From Takakia lepidozioides (taxonomy: Eukaryota; Plantae; Bryophyta), in the NCBI GenBank assembly GCA_030704615.1, contig CM060734.1:23374001-23438000 (forward strand): a stretch of 64,000 nt of DNA, read 5' to 3'. The position numbers were made by a program, and so were the translations under genes. The notes under the pieces were generated by a model, which searched no databases, had not been told where the DNA came from, and was given only the letters and a program-made list of their open reading frames with translations. Below, piece by piece: positions 24,101 through 37,264 of the stretch. Numbering within the stretch: the stretch's first letter is position 1; every line of letters begins with the position of its first letter.

Positions 24101-27100
24101 TTATAAAAACTCGACCATCCGCACTCACGATGTGAGGCCATGTTGTCTACTCAGAGTCTGCAACCTTTGACAATGGTGGCCTGAAAGGCTTTCTGGTGGG
24201 CTTTGAGTGAGCTGCAATTTAGGGCTCAAGGGCCCTGCACTGGCAGTCATCTCCTTACACAGAGGCCATATTACGAAATGTTTTTATCTTTTAAGAATCA
24301 TACCGAATGAAAACAACTATCTTGAAGGGCTCCTTCCTTTGTACTACTTTGTGAATTGTTATGCTCAACATTCTTCATAGCAGCATGAAAATTATTAGTG
24401 AATTTGCTTCGAAGGCTTGAGGTTACAATATGCTTAGTGTTTCGTCTCATTCTATGATGGCATCATATGCAAATTTGACAGTGGCCCACCTATTAATGCC
24501 AAGGGATTTGGTGCTTCTGGTTATGCAGCATTGAGAATCTATGCAGGGACATTTTTTTGCGATCTAAAATGGATGACCAAGGCTTTATTCCTGTGTCTGT
24601 GATTGCAAATTTCAATAGGGTTAGTATGCTACCTCCTTCTCTGATGCTCTTTGAATTCCTCCATGTATTTTCTGGTTTATTGGGGCTTCCTTCAAAAACA
24701 TTTGTATTTCTTCAAGGAGATCCAGTGAAGTTTGTTTTCTCAGAGACACTGGTTTCCAAACCTACATATTCCCACATGGCAAGTCAATCTACATCCAATT
24801 GAAACGTGAATATTTCGAATTTCCACAATTGCTCTCAGGAATCCCCTGAGATCTTTGAAGCTATTGCCCCTTGTGTAACTTACAATCGTTGGCCGCACAC
24901 AACCAATTAATGGATGGAGGAATGGCACAGGTACGCATGTTGACGGTGGATGCAGCCATCATCATGGATGCTCTTGGTGATTCTGCTGTGGTAGAACTGC
25001 AGGTATGCTGGAAAGGCCTTCTTGAGATAATGTCCTTATTTGTAGTCAGGAGCTGGTTGTTTTTAACCGGGAAATTTTGAAGCCTTTCAGCCAAGTGGTC
25101 TACATTGTTGGATGTCTCCGAGGTGCTATTTACTTGCTTTAGAGAATCAAATCACCAAATTTTCAAACAGTAGTGGAGCTTCCCAGCTGCAAGCTGGCAT
25201 GTTGTGACTACGACCTTGGTCCACAGTTCTATCACTCCTGTAACTTGACTGTGAAAGTATAAAGGCGATTCTGGTGGTGTGTCAATGGAGCTGGCTTATT
25301 GATACAAATAGGTCTTCCCTCTCCATCATGTTTCATCGGAGTGCAAGTGTCTTTGTTCCTTGGGTTCAGGCCTTAGAAATTCAGAATGTACATTCTTCGG
25401 CCCAACCAGTTAAGCGTTAGCAGTTGTCAACTTGTCATGATTAGATTTGATCAGGGGTGAGGCTGTCATGCAGGGTGATAAAGTTCGGAAGCGGGATGAT
25501 TGGGCCAATTGGCTACTTCCACTCAGCCACTACTCTGGAGCCTCCTTGACCTCCAGTGTTCAAGATAAAGGGGATGAGGCTCATGTTGGAAAGGCTGACC
25601 TGGAGGAGCAAGGTCTCGCAGCCCTGAACAAAAGTAAACATGAGAATGGTGCTGTCAATATTATGGGTGTTGAAGAGCAAATCAGTGTCCCTTGGAGTAG
25701 GAGTTTGGCACGTGAAGCAGAACTGGAAGCGACTGTTAAACAGAGCACAGAGACTCTCAGCGCTGATGCTGTACAGAAGAGGTGTCTAGCCTCAGAAGCC
25801 AAAGGTTTGTTCCATAGCTTTTGAGTTTTCATGCCAATTGAAAAGCTGTGTATAGGACAGTCCATCTGACAATATCAAGTGCTCAGTCAGCTGTGTGCAC
25901 CCGTGTCTCTCTCTCTCTCTCTCTCTCTCCTATGACACACTGTGGAGAGATGGTCTATGGCTCCGCCTCTGGTCTTGCTGGATCAAGGGAAAAATGTGGA
26001 GAGTTGTCCATAACTTGCATGCTCACACCAAAAGCTGTGTCATTGTTAACAGAAGTCTAACTTCTTTGACATAGACCAAGGTGTAGCTCAAGGATGTACC
26101 CTCTCCCCTCTGCTCTTCAATGTTTTCATCAATCAACTCCTCGAGGATGTGGAACGTGAGGGATTTGGGTTAAGGGTGGGTGATGCCACCATCCCAGCCC
26201 TTATGTTTGCGGATGACTTCGCAGGCATAGGGGAGACTCCTTCCAACCTCCAGGAATTGATTGATTGCGCGAAGAGATACTTTGATCTTTGGGGGCTAGA
26301 GGCTAATGTCAGTAAATGTGCAGTGGTGGCATTCAACGACAGAGGAGAGGGAGGAGGTGATCTTAAGTGGCAGTGGGGTAGCCTAGAGATTCCAGTCCTC
26401 TCTTCCTACACATACCTGGGCGTTGAGTTTTCCTCCAACTGTAACTGGGATGCACATATCCAGAAAGTTGTTCAAACTGGCAAGGGCAAAGCGCTGAGTC
26501 TCGCTAAATTTTTCCACTGCAGAGGGATTAACTCTGAGGTCAAGAAAACCTTGCTTTGCCGCGTTATTAGACCTGCCTTGGAGTACGGATCTGCTATATG
26601 GGTTGATAACTCCAACCAGGCTAAGTCTCTAGAATCCATTCAAGTGGGGGTGCTTAAGGAGTGCATGTCAGCATGCTCCAAAACAGCCAATGTGGCTGTT
26701 CGGGGTGAGTTTGGCATCCCTTCCTTAAGCTCCTGACGAGATGAATTCAAGTCAGATGGTGGGGTCAGTTGCAACACATGTCCAACACCAGATATCCTAA
26801 GTTAATCGACTCAATATCTTGGAAACAGGACCGCCCTGTCAAACAGGCTAAGTCCTGGCAGAAGAGAGTAGAAGAGATTCTCAAGGATCTGAATCTGGAC
26901 CCGCAAGTCTTGACCTTGCTGGATAAATCTGACTTAGAGACTATAGTGTCCAAAGCCATGTCTGTTACCAGAAAATTGTCCGATGAAAATGAAGTTAGGC
27001 AGAAAACTTCCCTGAACCTGTTTCCAGTCTGTGACATGGGGGAGGATGTCATGGATGACCTCAAGGGTCTACCCACTCTTGGCACTAGACTGAAATTTAA

Positions 27101-30100
27101 ACTCGGGGCAGGAAGCCTACCTTCAGTAAACAGAAGCAGAGAGGAAAGGGAGAGTGCAATTGCCCATTGTGTGGGCAACGCGAAGACAATATTCATTTCC
27201 TGATACACTGTCCAGGGTACTCTCACCAGAGAGACGCTTGCCTCAAATCTATCAAGGGAATTGTGCCTCTACCTATGTTTACCAACTTTGAAAGTCTCGA
27301 GGCTGAGCCAAAAGCCCAGGCCCTTGTGGGGCCTAGTTACTGGGCAAACCACACACAGCAGATTGATGCTTGTGTGAAGGGATTTCTAGAGGATATCTGG
27401 AAAACCCGGATCAATGTTCTTTACCAAGTTAAGTCTTACTACCGACGTCAGCCCCTGACAGAGGTAGGTTCTGTCCCTTTGTGTTCCGTTCAAACTGAGC
27501 GCGGGGTCAATGGCCACAAGGCTACGGCGAACGTCTTATGAGTACATTCTTTCTCTCTTCAAACTAGAGAAAACTCGGATTAATAGTCTGTTCCAAGGTA
27601 AGTCATACTACCGGTGTCAGCCCCTGACAAAGGTAGTTTCTGTCTCTTTGTGTTCCGCTCAAACTGAGCGCGGGGTCAATGGCCACAAGGCTACGGCAAA
27701 CAACGTCTTATGAGTACATTCTTCAAACTTGAGAAGGATTTTTCCTGCGACTTCATCATACCTTAGGGATGATTTTGACCTGCCCAGGGATACCCTAAAG
27801 TGTACAAGCAATTCCAAATGCAGAAGTCATTCTTTTGGTGGCTAATTTGACAAAATGATATATATTTACTGCTTAAACACAAACACTAATGCTGGTTTCA
27901 AATTAGGGTTTCAGTACCCTAATCCTGCAAAGTGTACTCATTTACAAGATGGTGCCTAAGTACACTATGTAGCCACGTGAATGACAGTTGCGTTATCGGG
28001 CAAAACGGCTTGCCAAGCTCTGCCCTCAAGAAGATCCATTGTATGGCTTTAAATGCACCATGCTTTAATGGTGCAGCTCGCGACTCCTGTGCAGTTTATA
28101 TCGAAGCCATGGTTCCCTTGGTATCTCAAACAGGAAGTGACACTTTGCTTTCACCTGACTGTTACATTTACATTCTTGTATGCAAGTGGATACCTGCGAT
28201 GGCAACAGCTGGTCTGCCTCAAACTTACAAGGTGGTTTGCTGTTGCACACGCTTGTTCTAACTTTGATAACCCTGTACTTGCTTTGGAATGCATGTTGGA
28301 AAGCTATAGCACATGTGAAGGCCTGCTACTCACCTTGCGCATCCTCACTAACACGCATTCTTGATGTGGTTGCTTTTTGGAATGGGCGCAGGTGAGGGTA
28401 CTTCACCTTTCATGGATTTCTAAAGCTTGGATTGACGGGTAGTTTACAGTTTGTTTGGAGTATGTGAGGGAAAGCACTTGACTCCTATGGCAGCCAGTAT
28501 CGAACGGGCCTGCTACTATGATTTGCGATTTGCTTTGTGCTTCACGAAGCGAAGTAATAAGATACTTGATCTTATAGGACTCGTTGGTGTTTATCCAGTT
28601 TGGTGGAACTGAAATTATCTTGTAATCAGTTTACAACCCCATGGATTTTGAACTTCGTTTTTTGTCAAAGCTAAGTCGAACATGGTGGTGCGCTGTAAGA
28701 ACTCGATGGTGGTATGTGGAACTCTTTCTGGAAATGACTTCTAAATAGCAGTTCTGTTTCATATGGTATTACTGAAATCAGGGTATATGCTTGTAGAAGC
28801 TTTACTACACGAACATGATCGCCTGGTTCGAAAACGTACTTGGATTTGTACTGGTAACATTTTTGGTAAACCTGTCTTTATGCATAAAGCAATGCGGAAA
28901 GCATTGATGTCCAGGTTTGGATAGCCTGGATCACCCAAGTTCCCACGACCCTCCCTGTTTTCCTCTTAAGGGAATGTACTGTTACTTGGTGCAAGACTTC
29001 CAGCATTTGAAATATTTGTCAATAATCTTATTGAAAAAAATGCTGCAGGTGCAGAGAAGGCAAGGCAATCACACATTGGTGGAGACGGGAAGTCCATTCA
29101 AGGGGACCTCTCAAGAGATGGTCTTGCATACCATAAGCCTAGAGTGGGTCTTGCGGCCGCATCTTCTCTTGGAGAATCTGTGGACAACTCCGTTCAATAT
29201 TTAGACACAAGATTTGTTGTTTCCAATGCCTTAAATGACACTGAAGAGGCGAGGTCTGTCTTGCAACAATCAGAGGGTGAGAGCTTGGGTGTGAGAATAC
29301 CAAATTTTGAGACTGAGGCCGATGCAGAGAGTCATTCTCCAAGTTCAGAATCAAAGACAGAATGTGAGGTCGTGGCTGATGATGAAGGAGACTGGTCAAC
29401 GGTTTCGATGCATGGTAATGCAAAGCGGCGGGGCCCTAGTAGCAAGCGGCTGCCCACTTCACGCCTTGCTGAGCTAAAGACAGGAGGTTTGTCTGCTGCC
29501 TTTAAAGCCAAAGACAGTCATGATGAGGACACGTTTCAATTGGATGAAGAGCTGGAGTCATCGGAGCGGTCAGCTTCAAAAGATAATTCGTCTCTCTCCA
29601 AAAGGTATTATCTTGTTATATTATTCGTGGTTATCAGTACTGAGGGATTAGTTACAGCTTCAGATTGTAGTCCTGCATGCTGGGACTGGCTGTAGGATAC
29701 TACTACAAGGCCTACTTTTGCATGTTCTCTAATTCTCTCTTTTGCTTTGAATTTACAAATTGAGTATTTGGCTTATTTTTTTCTGATGAATGGTCTATTC
29801 CTGCAGCCGTGATGAGGATGAGGATGATGATTCAGATATGAATGACCATGATGTGCAACGACTAATCATTGTCACTCAGGTATGTCTGGTGCCTACACTC
29901 AGTATTACCATTTGGTCTGTTGAATTAAGGCCAAGGTGTATGTTGAGGTAAGTCTTCCAACTGATGTTGCAGATTATACAACCACTCCCCTCCGCAAGTT
30001 ACTAGATACTTAGAGCATGCAGGACTTTCCTGTACTTGCAAAAGCCTTATTCAATGCCTTTGGCTGCAATCTTACTCCCTCTGATTCCCTCCTATTGTTT

Positions 30101-33100
30101 TGTAATCTTGTTTGTAAGGCGTGTGTTGGTTGGGCATACAGAGTAGGAAGCCAGCTCGAGCTGATCGCAAAGGTCCTGATGGTCGCGACCATGGGAGGAA
30201 GGCTATATCTGACGACCTTGTCGCTGTAATCAATGACGGTCTTTACTTTTATGAACAGGTGTGGAGTCCACATGTTGCAACTGCAAGTGCTCCTTGTTTC
30301 CTTGGAGGCTATTGTCTTTACACAACATTTTGAACAGCTGATGTTTATCATTGTTTTCAGGGTCAAAATAAGTGGGCCTGCTCAGTGGTCTTGTCATGGA
30401 CCAACTATTGTTGGTAGATATTGATTTGAGGCAAGTATATTATAGCGAAGATGTGAAAGGAAAAGAAAATCGAGTAAATAAAAGTGGATGTGACCACAGA
30501 TTTCTAGAGTACGAGGGAAGGGATTAAATAATTTGACTACTCCAATGGGAAAACACATTATTTGGGAGATGGACCTGAGTGAGGTGTCTGTGTACCAAGG
30601 ATAGGAGGAATCTGCACCATCCCCCAAGTATCAATGATTTCCAACAGACTGTTGCCTTTCTCATTTTATTGCACCTTCCGATTGTTCACCTGAAGCATCT
30701 TGCAGTGATCTGCATTCCACAAGTGCTTCCAATTTCAGTGAGAGTTGACAAGTGTATTTGTTAAAGCGAAATGATGCAATGCCCTTGTGCACAGGCTCTG
30801 GCTTGTTGTGAGAATTTAACTGACTTTGCAAATTCACCAGAATCGCTAGTGAGATTTCCAGGTATTTCTTATAATAGCAAAGAAATCTTCAGCTCTAACT
30901 AAATCAACGAGGTTTGTTGGTATGTTGATTTTTGTAGTGCAAGAGGTACTTATGGGTACAAGATGTCATCCACAAGATCCTGGTTGACACCTGTATGAAA
31001 GCATGCGTGCACATTCTCTTCACATCTGCTAAGGAATGATATAGAATATCTACCCATGGTTATTGTAAGAGATCACAATTTGTCTGTAACAGGGGGATGT
31101 CTCTGTCATGGGGATACACAGGAGTTGCGGCAAGGTCAGTCAAAGCGCAGCAGTGGAGCCCAGGCAAGCAAACCAGGCAGTGCTGAACCGGGCAGCAGTG
31201 TGGGTGACGTTGCAGGGCGCTCGCTTGTAGGCAGTGTGGGTAGCGGTGGGTTGGGGGCATGGCCTCCTAGGGGCCACCAAAAGACCTCATGCTTCAACCA
31301 CCAACAGCGCCTCTTTCCAAGTGACCCTCGTGATGTAAGCCATCGAAGTCGGCACAGCACTTCTTTAACCACTGAGAGCCCACCCAATGACTCTGTGGGG
31401 TTCTTTTTTGGTTCAACCCCTCCTGACAACCAGAGGTTGGTCTTTTGCTTTGGAAATATGTATATTAGAGTGCAAATGTTGTCAATGTACCTCCCCTTTG
31501 TGTTTAATTGGATTGAAGGAAGGGACAGCACAGCACAGCACTCCTGCGACGGCCGTCGCAGGAGCGCCCGGCCGTCGCTGGGGCAGCGGTGCTGCAACGC
31601 CTCGTTGCGATTCCCCGGCGTCACAGCCTCCCGGGGGCGTCGTAGCGAATTGTTGCGACGCCAGGGCGTCGCAACCCCCAGCGCGCTGGCGGGGGAATGG
31701 GGTCAGTCCCCTTTCCGGCGACGGCGTGGCATCTTGCCACGCAAGATGCCACAACTTCCACTTGCGCATCTGCTGTTGTGGGAGCTTAGCTGCTCAAAGG
31801 GACCTTTCCACCCACCTAGTGGAGAAAAGGGTAGGTGTTGGTGGGATTGTATGACTGAGTGATTAATGTGCATCTGATGGTGTTCAACGCAGTCAAGTCT
31901 CTCAAAACTGATAAATGCTGCTGTGATGTTTGCAGTGGAGCTGCTAATCTTTCCTCGTCAGGTGGATCTGCATCAGCAAGGCTGGGATCATCTCCTTATG
32001 GCACTTCGCCCATGAGTAGCTTTCTGCCTGGCAGCAGCCCACAAGTTGGATCAGTGCCAAAATCCTTCCCCCATTTTCAGCATCCTAGTCATGCACTCCT
32101 GGAAGACAATGGCTTCAAACAACAAAAGTGTGCACTTTCCCTTGTTGTTGTGCTTTATGTTGATATGTTGGTGTAGGTTTGTTTGTCAGTGATTTTTAAT
32201 GTTCTGTTTCTTCTGCCCCCAGTCCCTTTTTGGAGTGGAGGGTTTTAGTTTTTGGGTGTTTGCTTTAGACATGTTTTTGTGTAGTCACACAGCAGTCATG
32301 CAGGTCTGTCTGGCTCAAGTCCTGAGGTTTTGTACATCATTCTGTATAAGAATGTTTCTTTGCTTCCTTCTCAAGTACAGAGTTTATGAGGCTCTCACAT
32401 TGATATATGTCATTCTGTCATAGAATCACCGTATAGTCTCTCCTGTGCTGCTGGAGCTGTATTTTCGTCTCGTGAGGAACCAGCTATACTTTTGCCAGTA
32501 GTTGCCAGTTCCTTTCAAATGCAGGCATACTTGAGAGGTTATGAAAGAGAAAGACAATTGTCTTTTGTCAACAGGCCACAGGAGGCCTAGAGGACCTGGG
32601 GTCACTGTAGAGAAGCAAGAGATACAGAATGAGTGTGTCTACCCTCCCAATCTTTGATCGGAGGTGTACTGTCAGCATGTATTGTTGAGTGGAATTGGAG
32701 TGTGTGTGTGTGAGAGAATGTACTCATAAGACGTTTGCCGTAGCCTTGTGGCCATTGACCCCGTGCCCAGTTCGAACGGAACACAAAGGGACAGAACCTA
32801 CCTTTGTCAGGGGCTGATGCCGGTTGTAAGACTTACCTTGGAATAAACAATTGATCCGGGTTTTCCAGATATCCTCTAGAAATCCCTTCACACAAGCATC
32901 AATCTGCTGTGTTTTGCCCAATAACTAGGCCCCAAAAGGCCCTGGGCTTTTGGCTCAGCCTCAAGACTTTCAAAGTTGGTAAACAGAGGTACAGGCACAA
33001 TTCCTTTGATAGATTTGAGGAGAGCGTCTCTCTGGTGAGAGAACCCCGGACAATGAATTAGAAAATTAATATTGTCTTCAGGTTGCCCACACAACGGGCA

Positions 33101-36100
33101 ATGGCACTCTCCCTTTCCTCTCTGCTTATGTTTGCTGTTCAAAGGTAGGCTTCCCGCCCTGAGTTTAAATTTCAGTCTAGTGCCGAGAGTGGGTAGACCC
33201 TTGAGGTCATCCATGATGTCCTCCCCCATGTCACACACTGGAAACAAGTTCAGGGAAGTTTTCTGCCTAACTTCATTTTCATCCGACAATGTGTGTGTGT
33301 GTGAGAGAGAGAGAGGGATTTGGTAGGTCCAATTTGTTCTACCACAAGTGCCCTTGGTTGCTCAGGTCGATCAAAGTTCATGCAGATTTGTCGAATGGGA
33401 TTGACTGAGGGATGCAGGTATGCGAAGTACTACAAGCGGTGTTTGGCAGAGCGCAAGCGCGTTGGCATCGGCTGCAGTGAAGTAAGGCTTCCGTCCTATT
33501 TGAGTGAGTTTTGGTTTCGGAGATTGTAATTTCAGGCCTTTTATAATTCGTTAGACGACACTTGTACAACTTCGGATCCGTTCCTCTGGGTCATGTGGAT
33601 GATGGCGGCACATTGTCTCCCTCCAGTGATGAGCACCTAGAGGCTGCAGGTTCAAGCAGCGGGTACTACTATGCCTCGATGTGTCATAACACTGGTTGTT
33701 GCCTCTTGTCTTCCTTGAAAAACATGAAATTAAGTATGTAGGATACTAGAGCTCCTAAGTTCTTAGTGAGGGAATACTTCCTTTATGCCCCTGTTCCCTG
33801 TGCACCTCTTTCCTTGAGCGACATGTACCTCTCTAAGTCAAATGTTTTCATTCAAAATTCCATGATTGAACTTTAATTTCTCCTGCTGATTCTCTTCTCA
33901 ATAAGCCAACGTAAAACCTGTGGACTAAACTCTTTTGTCCTTGCTTTATCCAAAGATATTGGTGCCGCAAATATTGTGTCACAGACTAGTAAACGCCACT
34001 GGCACTTTTGCTTGTTAAACTTGTAGCCCATGGCTAGCCAAGGTACCTGAAGATCCCAATCTCCTAGGTGTCTCTTTTGCGAGCCATACTTGCGCAAACC
34101 CCTCTTCACCGTCTGTACCACTCTCTCTGCCAAGCCATCGGCCTCAGGATGATCCCGAGAAGTGGTACGGTGGTCTATCAAGGCTTTATCATACAAAGCC
34201 TGAAACTCCCCCAAGAACTCTCTCCATTGGTCCGTGAGTACCTCAGCTGGAGCACTGAATCGGCTAAGCACACGATCCAGGAATGCATACGCAGCCCCCT
34301 CACTAGCTTTGTCAGGAAATGGAACCAACTCAATCCACTTGGCGAAGTGCTCCACCATCACCAACAAGCTTAAATCTGCTACATGTGCCTTGACCAGTGG
34401 ATGCCAAAGCTTAAGTAGTGAGACAATCTGTGCTGCCCGTTCAAACTGCTGATCTGCACTGAAGGACACTCGTCGGTGTAAAGGAAAGTGGTTCAAAGTG
34501 CCACAGACAACAGACATATTGGATCCCGAAAGTTTTCTTTCATTGTCCGTCTCCTTGCCACGAGACAAACTTCTCCCTGTTTGATGTTTTGGGCAACAGG
34601 GCCATGGACGTTTGTTATGGAGGAAAAAGCTTACAGAGTAAACATTATTTTATTGGAGAGAAATGCTGGGCAGAGCTTTTGAGCCATCAAAATCCAGCAT
34701 ATGGAAGAAGCCCAACCAAATATTGAAGTGATGAAGTGAAGTAAGCCTGATGTCCTGTAGCTACAGCTTTTTCTTATCGCAAGTATGTCATTACCCCCGG
34801 CAATACTGAAGTTAAGTCAGGATATTGTCAAGTTTCAGAGATAAGCCAAAGCAAAGGTGTCTTGTAGCTACGAGCTGAAATTGGTTCCACCTGTAAGTTA
34901 TCAGTCTTATTCCTGGATCTTAAATCTCAGATGAATCCAGCTTTACTAGCCCTTTCCCTGAAAATAGTGAGACTTCATTTTTTACACAGCCTAGAGAGTC
35001 TCATAGCTACAGATGGAATAGCTCCCTGTTGAAGTTTCCTTCCTAGGCAACAAACTCTAGAAGTCTTGATTCCAAATTTTTTACATAGTGAACATGGAGG
35101 TCTTGACTGTTTAGAACTTATGTGAAGATGTATAACGTAGTGAATTGTGTGGTGTTTTGCGTTTCTGACACATATCTGTGTTTCCAAAGAGAGTAAGCTG
35201 CTTAATGGAAACTGATAAATCCGTATCGAAGCCAATTTGAAATTCCCAGTTCCATGTTTAAGATATGAGACACGGTCATACTTTCTGCATGCTCCCTTCT
35301 GGCCACCAGATTGACAAGGCTAGCCGAGGAACCGGGCGGTTTGTAGTTAGCCTTGATGTTGTTTGTGCTATTTTGAGGTCTTCAGTGGCAAGATTCTATC
35401 CTCGTCCCTAAGAGGGCTGTGGTGGTTAATTTTGGGAGATGGGGAGCAAGATAATCTACATAACTGGATGGGCGGAACTTGGGATTTGAGAAACTAAGTT
35501 AGTTATCTTTGAAGGAGGGAGTATCATCGGTTGGATCTCCACCAAGAGATTTCATTTGAGCAAGCTTGTTTGGTAGGAATCATGCTCATGGGCGTGGTAA
35601 TGTAATTCCTTGATGGATGTCTGATGTCTGCCTTGAGATCTTAATGGAGTTCAACTTGCCTTGGGGTGGAAAGTTGGGGCAAATGATCACCCGAAGAGCT
35701 TGGAAAGCTAGACCAGGACTCTTGAAGGGTAAGACGTGTCTCTTTGTTAGTAATAAAGACTCCTCATAGCTCAAAAGCATGGGATGTGTGTCTAATGTAG
35801 GCTGTGGGTCCAGAATGAAAGAGTTGAAAAGAAGGGCACAGGAGGTGCAGAGTGAGAGGTCTAAAGTGTATGCTTGATGGGCATGCGTGCAGGAAATGAA
35901 CACACTTTTTAGGTTCTGGTCTTACTTCTTGCGGACCAACTTTAATCGCTCCATGTACCTTGAGTTTCTTAAGCTCGCGGAGGAGGATGCTGCCGCTAAG
36001 TACAACTATGGGATGGAATGCCTCTTCAGATTCTACAGGTACAAGGATGAGTGATTCCCTTCCTGGTATGCATCTTATTAGAGTAACAATGTGACTTGCT

Positions 36101-37264
36101 GGGAAACATTTTGAAGAGGGGTTTGTCCATGTCTTCCCTTACTACACTGCCACGATGATGGATGTGATTAGGGTCTGATAACCTACACTACTGGTTAGGG
36201 TGTTGGCTTGTTTTATGAGATGGTATGTAGGAACGGTGAATAGGGGACATGTTGCCCTTAGTTCAGAGATGCTCATGGCCCTTGTCGCCAACTTGTTCTT
36301 GGTGTGGTCTGTGTTATTGAGTTTTTTTGAGGTTCATGTAGTTGAAGCAATGTCGTGATGCATCAATGTCCCTACACTGACATGCCTTCAAGAAGCTGCT
36401 CTCTTAGCACAACTTGCGTATTTTTTTGGTGTGATTTTCTTGATATTTAAGATAACCTAAATTCTGCTTGATCTAAATGTCCTCATACTGTAGTATTTGT
36501 TTTGTGACTGCATGTGAAGCTTGAAAGTTGGAGAGATTGTTTATCATGCATCATTTGCCGGTGTTGTAGTTATGGCTTGGAGGACAAGTTCAAGCAGGAT
36601 ATGTATGATGACTTCGAGAATCTTACCTGGGACACATATAAGAAAGGCAATCTCTATGGCCTTGAGAAATACTGGTATGTTCTAATTTCATCGGCATGCA
36701 TTTGAGATTAGAACTAAATGTCTGTTTTAGGCTAAATTTGCATCACAGAAGTTTGTTCTTGGAGTACAAGGGATTTCACTTGGAAGTCTCTCAAGGCAAC
36801 CGTGAATGCCTAGTGCGAACTTCAGTTTTGAAGGGACAGTCAGAAACTAGCTATTTTCAATGGCAATGTGGCTTAACTAGGATGTGGATAGCTGGTGGAT
36901 GCCAGTCTGTAGTGGGTGCTGGTCTGCACCTGCCCATACTCACATTGCTAGTGTGCTGGCTGTTCGTAGAATTGTAAGTTGTGTAGTCTCAAATGCTTTG
37001 CTTGTGCAATCAATTACTATTGGTGAAGAAGTCGACATTTGTTGCAGGGCATTCCACTTCTATCGCAGGGACAAGAATAAGAGGCCACTGAGAAAACATC
37101 CAGAGCTAGAGAGATTGCTTTCAGAGGATTTTCACACGATGAATGATTTCTGTCGTGCAAAAGAAAAGCTTGCCAGAGAAAATGAAGGGAAAGAGAGTTC
37201 AAGCTTAAACAGGGGTCATGATCCATCGGTTCTATCAACCTCCTCTCCTTCATTGAGTACCTAA
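21157..37264 (+). CDS. LARP1: La-related protein 1 (La motif + DM15). Exons approx. 21157-21883, 22492-23005, 23718-23856, 24529-24619, 24931-25002, 25474-25804, 29049-29604, 29807-29879, 30142-30258, 31122-31435, 31936-32127, 33418-33481, 35893-36038, 36570-36674, 37048-37264
   Basis: [10 protein letters not shown] motif; La motif [39 protein letters not shown]; DM15 [17 protein letters not shown]...[14 protein letters not shown]...YGLEKYWAF; GT-AG introns plus one GC-AG intron; apparent 1-bp frameshift near 21642-21645. Confidence 0.93.
26060..27550 (+). mobile_element. 5'-truncated LINE (RT + C-terminal CCHC, RTEX/CR1-like) in LARP1 intron 6
   Basis: [38 protein letters not shown]...HFLIHCP. 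Confidence 0.9.
27570..27722 (+). mobile_element. Second, very short 3'-end copy of the same LINE, with TSD
   Basis: Repeats the LINE 3' end; flanked by tcttcaaact(a/t)gag at 27556-27569 and 27720-27733. Confidence 0.8.
31530..31755. other. GC-rich multi-hairpin insertion in LARP1 intron 10 (possible MITE or other TE remnant)
   Basis: Perfect palindrome ctcctgcgacggccgtcgcaggag plus three further inverted repeats. Confidence 0.5.
32715..33290 (-). mobile_element. Third copy (3' fragment) of the same LINE in LARP1 intron 11
   Basis: Highly similar to 26975-27550 in reverse; 17-bp TSD gtgtgtgtgtgtgagag. Confidence 0.9.
34010..34365 (-). mobile_element. Gypsy integrase core fragment in LARP1 intron 12
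   Basis: EHFAKWIEL...VLTDQ.REF...[14 protein letters not shown]. Confidence 0.85.
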
